Assembly: GCA_001949185.1 (NCBI GenBank)
Contig: BDGG01000001.1
Coordinates: 6,113,591 to 6,177,590, forward strand
DNA from: Ramazzottius varieornatus
Lineage: Eukaryota; Animalia; Tardigrada
DNA length: 64,000 nucleotides
Reading direction: 5' to 3'
Each line of letters opens with the position of its first letter. The stretch's first letter is position 1. The notes beneath the pieces are model-generated. The model was not told the origin of the DNA. It saw nothing but the letters and a program-made list of their open reading frames with translations, and made no database searches. A program made the position numbers and the translations under genes. This document shows, piece by piece, positions 1-12,785 of the stretch.

Positions 1-1834
1 TTCGACCTTCACCAAAGAACGTCGGAAAAAGCCGGTACTCCACGTTTTCTCCAACACGCAGCCTGGAGTCACCTGTAGCGAAGCAAACGACCACGGACTC
101 GCATTAGGGCGGTTCATTGTGATGGTCGCGTATCTTGCTCTAATGGCCGCCCAAAAGAAACTGAACTTTCCTCCTCCAACTTATCCCGTCCCGCTGTGCT
201 GGTCATATACCACTCCAGCTATCTGCACGTGTCTGAGAGAAGCAGGTGGTATCTACAAGACGTTCAGATCTTCTGACATCAATGAAAAGCGGAAACTTGC
301 CTTCTCTGAGTCGATATCGGAGCCCAACTGGAAGTCCTGTTTATTTTGCTTGATTTACTGCCTTCTGACACTGGCATCCTTGCTTTTCGTTCTCATTTTC
401 CCCTTCGTGCACCTTCACAGTGAACAGTACGCCGGACAGTGCACAGACGCGAGTGTCTTAAACACTACGTATAATCGCAGTACCCTGCATACCCTGCTTA
501 ATTATGATAGTAAAATTCAAAAGAGCCGATTTTCGGCCATTTTTAATTATCTATTACAATCATTAAAATAATACTGTTATCCTAGTCCGAAGTTCATCTT
601 GAAGACCAACCCGCCCCAGAGAAAAAGCGGTTCGCCATAATTTCACGTGCACTTCACGCTGAGTTTGAAGCTCAGTAAAAGCTGACGCCATGACGTTATC
701 TGAGCGTAAACTGAGCATATTTAAATTTTGCGCTCAATTCATGCTCATTTCTAGCTGAAAAATCAGGGAACTTTTGACTTTCCGAAGAACTGTTCTTGGA
801 GACAGCGGGAACTGAGAACTGGCTAGAGCGGGAAGTTTTGCTATAACATACTACTCTAAGCTGCCGATCAGACATCTGTCGCATACTCTGCCGCGTGGGC
901 GTACGGTAAGACACTGCGCACTGCCCTACGGTGCAAGTTCGCGATGTACAGTATGATCGAAATGATCTGTGCACTAACGGCGTAGGCTCTCGTATCTAGA
1001 TATCCTTGATGTGTGACAAGGTATATCAACTTTCTCTAGCGGAAGTTTTCGGTCTTGGCTACTGTTCATGGTACTTTCAGCTGCCGGTAAAATCTTTATG
1101 CTGGGGAGAAAATTTTGAATGCGTAGAACCTTCTTGGAACATCCCTTTGTGAATCTATGCCAAGGTTGAGCCCATCGAAAAAAATAAATAATTATGGCCG
1201 CTTGTCTATTGTTCTTCTTTATGACGGCAATGCAGGGGACCTAGCGTAGGGTCTTTGCGATGGAAGTTACGGTACGTCAGCTAGGATTTCATCCGCGAAC
1301 TTTCCCATCCTTTTGTAAGTCACACATCGATCTCAACCGGTGGCTTTTGTTATAGCTAAGTTTGACACCAAAGTTGAAGACATTGTGCCGGCTTGAAGCA
1401 TGAACGAAAAATGGTTTATCGTAAAAGAAGAAACGTTAAAGGAGAAAGGTTAAGGTGCAGCCCGAAAAAAGAACTTGTTGCCCGGTTAGCGTTCAGTGAC
1501 GTCTCTTACATAACGCTGATCAGAATGTTCGTATCACGGCCGTCAGTAAGAGGTGCACCATGGTGCAGTGGAACCCAAACTCGGGGTCCTTCAGACTTTC
1601 TCTGCCGTGAGGTCAACGGAATTTTGAGCGTCCGTCGTTCTTACAGTGAGAGGAAATCTGGCTGCACCTCCTCCTGGGATCATGACACGAACCACATATG
1701 GCTAACGGCACCTATGAGTGCTGAGTAGAGTGGCACCTCGAACGTCGACATCCTAACCCACCTTGATGGGATTTCTATCTCTACACCGGTAACCGAAAAT
1801 AACTATGCGTTTGTATACGACGAAAACGGCTTTC

Positions 1835-3520
1835 TCAAGACCGATTACTACGTTCGCGTCTTTGTTTGTTGGAGGACTGTTTGTTGGAATATGAATGGTT
1901 ACCGGAATGGCCACGGGACGCCGGCGAGTGCGGGTGGTGGTGGCTGTGTTGCGCAGCGTTGGCCAGGGCCGACAAGGCCTGCCGATCACAAATGAACTTG
2001 TAGACGTAACGCTCCCCAGATACCTTCTGCATGATCCCCTTTTCGTAATAGTATCGCAAGGAGCGGCTTAGTTTGTCGTAGTTCATTGCCGGTCGATTCT
2101 TCTGGATACCCCACAACCGCGCCACCTGTGGGCAGTGAGCACACAAGTTAGTGAAAAACAAGCGGTCACATGTTTGCGGAACCTACGCAACTTGGTTGCA
2201 CAGTGGTCTGCCGTACATTGTTACGCCGGTTGGTGTTCAAAGTAATTACCTCTTCCGGATCAATTAGCTTGAATTCCATGCCGCGTCCTGTCCAGGTGAT
2301 AAAGGCTCTATTCTTGTTGTCATCCAATAAGACAACCAGAAACTGCCATAATTGCAGCGACCCCCGTCGCGATTGCAAATGACCACCAGCACCTCCAATG
2401 CCGTGGCTGGCACCTCCTCCATTACCCCGACCTGCAGCACACAATATCGATCGGTGAACAATACAGCTGATGTCTGATCTCTCTTTTGAGGTCAGAGCGG
2501 AGTCTCACCCATCCAGCAATACTATCCATGTCTACTTTTTCGCCAAAAGGTTGTTTATGATCTTCTAGTCATTTTCCCCATGGAGAATTTAGAACATTCC
2601 GAAATGTACTTATTTACCGGGGTTATGCATGTAGTGCTTCGATGACGGGCCATTCATACTCGGATGATGGGCGTGCGGTGGCATGGACATGGGCGTGACC
2701 GCCTGGGAACCAGGATGAATACTTAAGAACGGATGCCCCGCGCGATAACCACCGCTCGACAAATTGTGAGAGTGTTGGTGCTGGTAAGGTGAGTGAGAAG
2801 CTGCCATTGCTTCCACGCTGCTCAGGTGACTGTGACCGTGGCTGACAGCAACCGCCGCGTGGGCCGCCGCCGCAACTGCCGCGGCTGCAACGGCGTGAGA
2901 CTCCAGTTCCAGGTACTTGCCCTCGAAACTCTGCACCGGTGGCCGAAATATCAGAAAATTCGAATGCCCACCACTGTTGCCGCCTAAAGCACCAAAGAAA
3001 TCACGTTTAGCTTAATGCTCTTTTCACTAACAGTAATTTCACCAGTAGTAATTTAAAGCTCATTACCGGCCATCATTGGATGATCGACAGACGCCTGGCT
3101 TGGATTTCCGCTATACGCTTTGCACGATGCCAGGAACGGATGGAGGGATGAACCACTGTCGTGGTCCATAGTAAGGCCATTGTTTCCACCAGCATGGCTG
3201 AACAGTGCACTAGCGCCTCGACTGCCATCCCGAATATTCGAAGAATTCCTAAAAACCAGCACTGAAAGTTGCGCCGTCCTATTCGGTCGTTATTTTTACC
3301 TTCTCTTCACTGCAGTCAAGAGAAGCGCATAATTTTGGTACATAAGTTCGACTTACTGAGGAAAATATGGTAGGGTAGGATACGGAGGTCCAGCTGAGGT
3401 GCCGTGATTATGGCTGGGACCAGAAGTGGAGAACGCAGTGGAAGTCTGATGAGGATGGGATGAGCTGGCAGTTGTTACAGTCTCGCCACTGGTCCCCGGA
3501 GCCGGCTGATACAAGCCTGA
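1835..3520 (-). CDS. ETS-domain transcription factor, PEA3/ETV1-4-5 (Ets96B-like) subfamily; multi-exon, 5' end not resolved
   Basis: Exon 2431-2250 reads [17 protein letters not shown]...[18 protein letters not shown]. It splices GT-AG to exon 2125-1835, [44 protein letters not shown], the PEA3 ETS signature. His/Ala/Ser-rich upstream exons lie in ORFs 2610-2936 and 3053-3262 and probably near 3400-3520. Confidence 0.93.
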
Positions 3521-5889
3521 GTAAGAGTCGAAACGCTACAAAAAAAAGGAATCTCAAAGTTATGGCCAAATTAATATTTGATCTGATAAAACAATTAATT
3601 TTGGTCAAAGATGGGCCGATACTGTGGAAACGTGTCGGCCGCTTCCTTTTGTTGCACAGAAATCGATCGATGATCCCAGTTTTACTATATTGAGACTGCC
3701 TGAAAGTCAGATAAAATTCCCTCTCGCAGCACTTCATAGCTAATAATATCAGGTCTATCAGTATACACCCGCCGTTTTTCGGGCACCCATTTCAAAAATT
3801 TTCCATAGCCTAAACTCCATAGCCTATGTCCAAACGCACTACGGGAAGAGTGCAATCGACTGCCGTTTCAGTTTTGCAGAACAGGTCTTGCTCAGAAAAT
3901 TGTAAATACTCAAACTTCGTCCAAAGAAAATTTTTTCTGCCCCAGGCCGGGCATAGCAGATTTTCTGAAACAGTATATACGGTGGACACTTTACTCCATC
4001 CACCAAGAGTATCATTATTCATGTCCATGCAAAATATGGTCGAAGAAAACAAACACCTTTGTAGCACCCCACCAAAGTGCCGTGCGTTGTTGTCGGCAAT
4101 AACGCTTGTCGCAACTTTTTCTTTTGCTAAACCGCAAAGGCCTTTTTCCTTACCTTATTTTTGTTTTTACTGCTAAGTTAAATCTCTGCCAAAAAACAAG
4201 CCTGTTTTTTGTGCGGAATTGTAGCTTTGCGGTGCGAGAAAAACTTCGTGAGAAAGCCCTGGTTTGAAATGTATCGTAACCATTTGAAATTTTCTCCACG
4301 TCCCCTTTGAAACGCTTTGAGACGAAATCGGTTGTACGAAAAACGAAGAGACGATGTTATTGAAGTTGAACATCTGTTGGACTTCGAGAGTTACATTCCG
4401 TGGTAGAAACGAAGTTTCGAACTGCGACCGCGAAAAACGGCAACTACATACTTGAAGACCATATAATTATCATCTTGCTCAAATTTTCAGAATGACTTTC
4501 GGTGAGACGAAAACCCGCTGGTCCAAACTGCGAGAAAAAATCATGAAAAGATATTTTCTAGATCAGAAATAAGCCTGTTCACAGGTCAACCGTCAATGGT
4601 ATCGACAGAGCAAACTCTAGCTGGCTGCACCTGTGTAACTGCTGGAGATGAAAGGTCAACTACTGTAAACTTCGTGCGGAAAGAAATGTATAAGACAGGC
4701 TGAACCCCACTCAAAATTTTGTGAAGTTGGATCGAGGAAAGTACCGTTCGAAAGACAAATATCAAAACTACTGGCACCGCGCAAGCGGCCACCGCTGCAC
4801 TACATTGGCAGTACAAGTCGTACATACCACCTCGAGTTAGGAGCGGAAATTGTAAACAAAACGAGGAAACATATCTTACCGGCGGAGATTGTATCTGGGA
4901 ATTATTCATTTCCGTACTTAGTCGGCGCACAGTTCCGAACGCAATCGAAGGAGGATGTTACGCACTGGCCAGATATAGTTCCGTTCGGCAATTGCGGCAA
5001 ATGGTGGTGTGGTTAACGGATGTGCTAGCAGGCGTTATTTTGTAGTCGGGTTCCGGCATAAGATGGAAGACGCGTTCCGCTCTTTGTGCTGTGGATATAA
5101 TATCCCAACGATGAACAGGAAGATATTACCGGTGTATCCTGTTATAAGCCCGGTGCTCTTGGCACCTACAATTCGTGATGCTTCTGGCTAATATCTTCCA
5201 CCTCCGTGATGTGTTTTTACGCCACCAGGAAGGATACCCCGAACGGGACACTGTCACTCGGAATTTGATGGATACTCAAGGAAGGAAGGAGAAAACGTCC
5301 AAGGAAGGATGTGGAAGCTGACGGAGCAACTTTAACGAGCAGGCGAGAAGAAAGCGGCATCCACTTCGGTCTAGCGGACACTGTGGCATTTCGGCTGCAG
5401 CATCTTTCTTCCGGTTCCTCCAATTCCCACTTCATTTGTGCCGGAACTAACTAGCAAAGTATATCCCAGCACATTCCTTGACATCCTCGCATACTATTTG
5501 CTATAAATCTATCCAGAGTAAGTTCGGAAACGACAATACGACACCACGTATGATTATTCACATCCGTGTTATGTATATACGAAGAGATCTGGACTACGTG
5601 GAAAATAGGAAGGTACAAGAGACGGAGATGGGATAAAGCTTGTCCTGTGTGCTTTGCATACACGTATCCGGTTACCGGCAGCTGCTGTCTCGCTGTGCAT
5701 CGCAACGCTGCACTTCCGCCCATTTAGCCTTGTCGCAAACCTTTTTGGCTTTTGCGAGCGGCAATACAGCTTTCTTTCTCATACCCCAAAGTCCATGAAC
5801 CTGTTTGCTGGAGCAGCCCTATCGTATTTGAACCTCCACAATCTTTCTTGGCTTGTGGATATCCTATTCAATTACTTTCTTCTTAAGAG

Positions 5890-6143
5890 CAGGCCTGCCG
5901 CTGCGCATTTGCACAATAGTCAATGTGGCAAAAAACTGGGTGCCCGTATGCAGTGCCCGTCAAGTGACAATCGGCTCGGATTCGCGTCGGTTACTTTAGA
6001 CGAATCTGGCTTCGTCAATGTGACGGCTTAATGGGTCCAGCATACATACACGGCTTGCACACTGGTTCCAGCCGTGACGTCAGGCTTGACATATGCCATT
6101 GCCCAGCTATCTGCCTCATTAGAATTTTCCAGCGGCAGGCCTA
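5890..6143. mobile_element. hAT-type MITE (family A, copy 1)
   Basis: Termini CAGGCCTGCCGCTG ... CAGCGGCAGGCCTA with a perfect 8-bp TSD CTTAAGAG (5882-5889 and 6144-6151). Homologous along its length to 22829-23072. Confidence 0.92.
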
Positions 6144-7630
6144 CTTAAGAGATAGCTAGATTTCAAGTGCGGAGTGGCCCCATGTGCAAGATAGTTGAAG
6201 GAGGTTTAAGAAGAATCCTCTGAAGTGAAAGATCTCAACATCGTTGGTTTCAGCCGTGTGTTTGTGTCGGGCAATTACAACACGGTATCATGCTGCCTTC
6301 CTTGTCGACGTATGTGGCATGGGTTTTGTTGCTCGCATACTAGGTCAATCAAGTCAACCAGATAAGGCCGGAAGTTTTTGTGGCTGACAGTCGACAGCTG
6401 ACGTACGTACTTCGACGACCCGAACTTGGGCTTGACCTTGGTTGCACAAGGTTCGGCCAGAGCCGATAGCTATTTTAAACTGCCTATCCACCCCGGGCAC
6501 AGAGGGCTTCAGCGTACTGGCTGCCGTTATCAAGGGAACGCAACAACGTCGAAGAAGGATGCTTTTCAGTGGGGCCGGACAAAGGTTAGGAGTTTTCGAG
6601 GTACGCGCACATCAACGTGTGGCATGGACGACGGAGACTGGGTGCTGTTGGATATTCCAGGTTCGATACACGACTGGCTTTTACATATTCTATCAGGACT
6701 CCTGCACGTGTCGGTGTCAAATTACTCATACTGCAATTACGTACCTATTGCTTTTTGACGTATTGTATAGAACACACTCCTCAAATACTCATCCAGCGCT
6801 TTATACTCACAGAAACGCTCCCCTAACTCAAACTTTATTTAATCTCAGTAAACGATGTTTTGACACCTCATTCCATTGTCCGTCCTCGTGCTTTCAATAC
6901 AGACGTGCCTAAACGTCCATGACACCCTGATTAATATTTGCCTTCTCGACCGGCATACAAATCAATAAAATGGCGTCACAAAAGATGCCTTTGAGTGGCT
7001 GTAATTTGCCGTGAAAACACTTGCATTACAGTCGCCTCTCAAAGGGAAGCCACCGATCGATTCAACAGGATTAAAGGACCGACCTACTGATTATTAACCG
7101 TAATTGGCATCTCTGTCGGGCAAACAACACGGCACTTCAAGTCCATCTCCACTCTTCCATGCTCTATCCCTCCTTAACCCCTCGTTAATACCCCATCTTC
7201 ACGCCCGCAAACAATCCCTCTTTTTGACTAAATGGCGTTTGGCTCGTGTCAGCTGTGTCCCTTTCGGTCAAATGCACCTTGAGCCACAAGACGGGAATAA
7301 GTTCAACTCCCATGTTCCGAATGCTTGTACTTCCTGCTCGTCGATGGCACCAGTGCAGCAGTCAAAGGACATTTCTTCAGTCTCCTGATCTCCTGCTGAC
7401 AGAACTGTGATTCATAGGTCCTATTTGTATCGGGCTTTCGCTTCTTGATTGTTTCTTGAAATTGTGTTTCATTTTAACCTTGAACAGTCGAATGCGATGT
7501 GGTGAAAACAGAAAGAGTGTGGTAGCTCTCCAGTGCGAATTAACATTTCAAAAAATTTGGAAAAATTACACAAACAATCGATACATTTTGTGTATTATGG
7601 AAGACCTCTGGCCATTAGACGATCGGCACT

Positions 7631-8963
7631 TCACAGGTCGGTTCTCGCCCCGTTCAGTTCGTATTCGTCATCGTCCGGTCCATTGTCCAACAGTTCAGCG
7701 CTGATCTCCACGAGCTTGAAGGTCTTATCAGGCTGCCACTCGTAGAAGTTGGCCACGTAGTAAATCAAAGCAGGACGGGTGGCGGAGGACGCGGAGCCAG
7801 TGGTGTCGTCATAGGACAAAATGATGTCGTATATTACCATGCGTCGGCCATCCTGAGACCCATTTTGCTTTAAAAAGTTCGCGATGTAGTTTTCCGATCG
7901 ACGCCATTCGCCCCCGCGGTTGGAGACGACCGCTTGAGGAATAGCGTTGGAATCAATGTCAGTCGAACCTCCAAGCAGCGAAGCAATCAGATGTCCAGCG
8001 TCGTCGGTGAGCTTGCTTTTTTGCTTTGGGTGTCTCCGGCCTCTGTTGCGAACGATCGTAACTTTGTCTTTGCTGAAGGAAACTCTTTCATTCCGAATAT
8101 GCCACGGACAGATTACAGCTGCCACGCGTTCCAGGCGATATGGTCTGATGCATACAAGAAACCAAGTGCGTCAAAAACTTTAGTTGGGAAGTACAATATA
8201 CTTGAATTTTTTGCTGTCAAAGTCAATCAGGTGAAAACACATTCGACAACGCAGAAGTCTTCATCACTTCGTTACATTATTCGCATAATAATACTGTAGT
8301 GCTATGAAATTATCGCGCACGTAACCACTTGAACAGTAAATGATGCCCGGGTTAAAGCCAGCGAGGCTAAAGTGATAACATCTAATCACACTGGGCAACG
8401 AGGACTCATCACGTGGCTCAGTGCGCGATAATTTGGTAGCACCACAGTAGCTTACCCGGTGTTGTCGGGATTGATATGGGTCGATTCGTCTCTCTCCACC
8501 CGAAGGGTTGGATCCAGACAGGAGTTCCAGCAGGGACCTTTTCCAGCTTGCGGATGACGGGTGCAATCGCGAACGTTCAGTTCCACGGCTTTTTTGAGGT
8601 CTTCCTCGTTTTGGTGAGCTATGTTCTCTATATCCTTTCGGTCCCAATTTGTCAGAGTTTCGCTGGAAATTCTTACCTGGCTGTAGGGTAAGGTTCCATG
8701 TCCGAGGGCTTCTTTCAAGTGCTCCGTGGCACTGCGAGGTACAGCTGCAAGATAGCTTTTGATAACGCCGCCCAGATCATATTCCCGTGGTTTACTGCGG
8801 ATGTCAGTCGGCACTTACCGTCATATAACCCATTCAAAAACTGAGGCTCCTGGCGAGGCGTTTTCTTCGATACGGTGTAGGGTACGGTAAGAATTAGTGC
8901 AGTTAGGATTAGACCAAGAACCACGCGGGCCGCCATCATAGATGAGGAGAGTTGGTAGCGCAT
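7631..8963 (-). CDS. Secreted DNA/RNA non-specific endonuclease (His-Me finger, Endonuclea_NS_2-like), multi-exon
   Basis: The last exon has DDAGHLIASLLGG...NAIPQ...NRGGEWRRSENYI (DxGH plus Asn motif). The first exon encodes a signal peptide, MMAARVVLGLILTALILTVPYTVS. A GTAAGT donor at 8818 and an acceptor at 8745 join it in frame to the 8452-8814 ORF. Middle splice junctions are not fully resolved. Confidence 0.75.
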
Positions 8964-9869
8964 AAACTGGCTCAGCAGAGAGGAAGATACGTTATGAAAA
9001 CTGCCTCCCTCAGGGCGGAAATTTTATATCCAGCAGATTGCTCATTCGGGTCTTTCCTTCAAGATGGACACTTGTCATGCTGGCTCGCGACAATTGAAAT
9101 ATAATCTTCATTCGCGGACAAAAGCGAAAACAATACCATCATTTTAGGCGGGAGCTGCGGTGGTCTTATCTGCATGTCTACCCAAGAGTTGAGCAAAACA
9201 ATCATATTATTCACGAATTCCATTATCTTATCCGGTACGTTACTCAGACCAGCGGAATTACCCCACAAACAAGGGCTGGGCCCGTCAAAGACCACAGCTC
9301 CCCGCGTACATGTCTCGAGGGCGACATTCTAGCTATGCAAATGTCGCATAATCGGTGCCTGCACAAACCGAGTCGAAGAGGTCTTCACTCAAAAGTTGCA
9401 AGCACTAAGCCAGACGCAAAGAGATCGACACAAGATGACTATTCAGAAGCATTAGGGCAGTTTTGTACTGACCAGAGCCGTCGACTCAAGTCGAGACGCC
9501 AGGTCTAAAGTCTGAATACTTTCTTCTTAGACAAATTTTGTCGTGAAAATTTACCTATGGGACGCACCTGAGAAGACTGTCTAACGAGCTCAATCAGGTG
9601 CACGACAACTGAGCTTGAGGTTTTGATGTAGAATTTGGTAGCCCACTCAGGGCTAACACCATGTAGCTTGCTGCTGAACAATTCACAACGTAAGAATTGT
9701 TTTACAAAGCTCGATGACGGCACTCTCCAATCTTCGCAGTTAAGGTTGACACTACAGTAGTTAGCCGTTCCATTTATTGCCCAACACGCCATCATCCAGG
9801 CTGCTGGCATTACTGCATGAGGCACAATGAGTGAACCTAAATCACGGCAATCTCCCAGAGTCTTAAGTA

Positions 9870-11256
9870 TACGTACGATGGGTAACTATGGGACATTAAA
9901 AAATATGGGGCAGGCGGAAAAGACGGCAAATTTACATCCTGAATGCGAGCCAGAAATGAACATCGAGCTCATGATGTAACGCAATGAAATTTAACCGTAA
10001 AAGATTGTCATGGACAATGCCCGTCAGCCGATCCGCTGTTTGACTTTTGCGCTTCGACGCTGGGGATTGTTCATTTGTTGTCGTCAGAGACGCTCTCGAA
10101 TCCATATCGTTTCTGTAACCGTTTTTCCATAATGTCCCAGCCCTTCAGAACCAATCGACCTCGACAGTACACCGAAAATGCCTGGAAGGACGCACTTTCT
10201 GCTATTCAGCACGTACGTACAACAAAGCAGCCTTCAGTGCTGGTTTTTATCAGGTGAGAAAGTATGACTTGTCGGCTATTTTCAGGCACTAACCTCGAAG
10301 ATCTTTTGTTCCCGTTTGGCCCTAACTTTTGCTCCGCAGTTTTTGCAAATTGATCCATCATCCGCCGGCTTCAGATTTGCTCCGAACAATCCAAAACACT
10401 CGTACTTCGCATGTTGTAAGGTCGTTTTAACGGAGGCGGATTCTTGTCCAAATCTCGGTACATTCGGGAGAACAATTTTCGTGAACGCCCAAAATCTCTC
10501 CTAAAATGTGCTAGTAGGTTTGAACTATAGTCCGACAAGTTCTCGCTCGAAAACAGTGCCCAGTCTTCTTGGGGAGCGTTCACCGCCCAAGCTTTCCGGG
10601 CGCAAACGCAAACGAAATTTTTACGTGTTCATTCATATATTATAAAAGCAAAAACAGCCCGACCTCAAATCAGCTTTGAGTAAAGATACAACGAACTTTG
10701 CGGAGTCTATTGAACAGCACAACAAAACTTTTATAGAAGTACGCAAGTGGGGAAAAATTTCGGTCTCGCTGCCTCACTAAAGCGGCGCATCTCACAGACG
10801 GTTTCTACACTCGGAGAAACAGAAATACCTGTTTTTCAAATTCCAGAAGTCGCAATATGAGGACTTCTGATTGTCATCAGAGAGACGTGACTTAGTTCTA
10901 CAGAGTGATGCACTTAGTACTTGAGTCAGCTAATCCATGTCCAGAAGAAAAGTCTGAAAACAGGGCTGAAAAGCTTCCCCGTGTGACGTGAAAATCGGCT
11001 TTCTCTCCCAGTTGTCAACATGTTAATTTAAGTCCTACTGTGAAAGAACGGGCAGTTTCGCTTGAAAACACTAGACATGCAGAGAATCGATAAACCAAAA
11101 ATCAGGTTTGCAAAACAAATGTTAAAGTGCCCCCTCGAAAACCGACAAGTCACACTTTTCCCCCAATACTTGTAGGAAGAGTCACCTGCCCGTGCCGCCG
11201 TAGCGAAAAGGCCTGTCCCATAATTTTCAGTGTACCATAATTACCCGTCGTACGTG
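9870..11256 (+). mobile_element. pogo/Tigger-like DNA transposon, internally deleted non-autonomous copy
   Basis: Imperfect TIRs of about 46 bp (TACGTACGATGGGTAACTATGGGACA / TGTACCATAATTACCCGTCGTACGTG) flanked by TA. A remnant HTH_psq start, MSQPFRTNRPRQYTENAWKDALSAI (10132), matches the transposase start of the 30830-33521 element, and the subterminal sequences are shared. Confidence 0.88.
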
Positions 11257-11538
11257 TACTGCAAAATAATACTGTATCACAAAGGACTGGGTATGGTAGA
11301 GCGCTGGTACTAGCACCACCGATTATAAGAAGTAGTATGATACTGTATAACAGTGGTTACTGTACAATGGGCGGACTGATGTTTCGAGTGGTTCTCCTCA
11401 TCCATATTCAGTGCCTGGGCCTCGCTGCAGCACCAATTGTGTTGTACAGACGGCGGGAGCTCAGACCGTCCAACCAAGGTTGGTAATCTCTTGATTCGAC
11501 CATATTTCTGCGATCGCCTCTTGCATCGGCTTCCTGAC

Positions 11539-12549
11539 ATGCATGTTCTCTATGCTTGGCAGCAACCTTCCAAACTCCCACGACGGAATCTTCTCACGAT
11601 CATATCAACTTTCCTGATTTTGTACGTCGTCACTCGGTTCCTTCCTGGCGGTAGATCCGTACGGACGCTTAATACAGCTAACAAAACCGCCTTGCTGGAG
11701 AACTTAATTGCCCACTACGTCCGACTGATCCCGGAAGGTCCAGCTGTCTCCAGACCACCTGTACAATCGCCTTTCAACTTTCGCAATCACACCTTGAACG
11801 AGCTTAACTTCCTCGACTGCATGAGCATTCTCTCAGTTCAAGTCAACCTCCGACCTGCTTCCATCTACATCCACACTAATATTCCCCGCAGCAGTGGCCA
11901 CTGGCCCAACACGTCATGCAACCGATGGATAACGGACTGGTCCAACCTGCACCTCATCCCTATCAACCTCAAACACACCACTGCTGGACAGAAAATCAAG
12001 GATATTCAACATGAAGCTGACATCGCGAAATTAGAAGCCGTGTATAAATACGGCGGACTGGCACTTGACTTTGACGTCTACATCCTTAACGGCGAATTGC
12101 TCCGTCACAAACTCGCAACGACACCCTGTCTTTCTTGCCATGAAGACCCAGGTGAAGGTAACGATAAAATAAACGCTGGCTTTCTTGGGTGTCTCGAACC
12201 ACATGCTGAATTTCCTGGGCGAGTTTTGGATGTGTACAAGAAAGACTTTCGACCGAATGAGTGGGTGTACAACAGCGGCGAGCAACCCTTCTGGATCATG
12301 GTGGAGCATCCGCATATTGTAACCTTGGATGATAATGTGTGTGTCGAACCCGAGTGGCTCAACCGGCATATGGAATTGTATGAGAACAATAAGTGGCAGA
12401 ATATGACGGCGTACCACTCTTACTTTCACATGTTTCCCGGAGCTTTCAACCAGGAAGATTTCGAGAGGACACAGATAATCTTGTTAAGTGATATGATACG
12501 TTGGTTTGCGGCGAAGGTGGGGATACACATCCCTATCAATTACGCCTGA
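11539..12549 (+). CDS. GT32-like (Gly_transf_sug, DXD) glycosyltransferase, type II membrane protein, single exon
   Basis: N-terminal TM segment LLTIISTFLILYVVTRFL. Motifs FLDCMSILS...LRPASIYIH, HEADIAKLEAVYKYGGLALDFD (DXD) and INAGFLG. First ATG is at 11539. Confidence 0.85.
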   Translation: MHVLYAWQQPSKLPRRNLLTIISTFLILYVVTRFLPGGRSVRTLNTANKTALLENLIAHYVRLIPEGPAVSRPPVQSPFNFRNHTLNELNFLDCMSILSVQVNLRPASIYIHTNIPRSSGHWPNTSCNRWITDWSNLHLIPINLKHTTAGQKIKDIQHEADIAKLEAVYKYGGLALDFDVYILNGELLRHKLATTPCLSCHEDPGEGNDKINAGFLGCLEPHAEFPGRVLDVYKKDFRPNEWVYNSGEQPFWIMVEHPHIVTLDDNVCVEPEWLNRHMELYENNKWQNMTAYHSYFHMFPGAFNQEDFERTQIILLSDMIRWFAAKVGIHIPINYA

Positions 12550-12785
12550 GACACCGGTCTTGTTTCCCTGAAAACCAGCGCACCTGTATAGCGTGATGGT
12601 CTGGTTACATCTGCAGAACAGTCGTCATACAAGTGAGTCTTTTTAATTTTTGATTCACATGTCGACTTTGAATAAACTGGCATGGCACACGAGAGAAAGT
12701 ATACAGTTTTCCCACGACCCGGTGTACACACTATAGGTTGAGTAAACCCCTCCCACCCCATGAAAAACACCTATGGCAAACCGGG

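Noticed and set aside
119-1728. ORFs 119-571, 696-974 and 1393-1728
   Set aside because: No recognisable motifs or consistent splice pattern; probably non-coding or decayed repeat sequence.
11539-12549. Intronless glycosyltransferase as bacterial contamination or recent HGT
   Set aside because: It has type II Golgi topology, resembles GT32-like proteins known from invertebrates and is embedded among intron-containing genes; the sequence gives no direct support for HGT.
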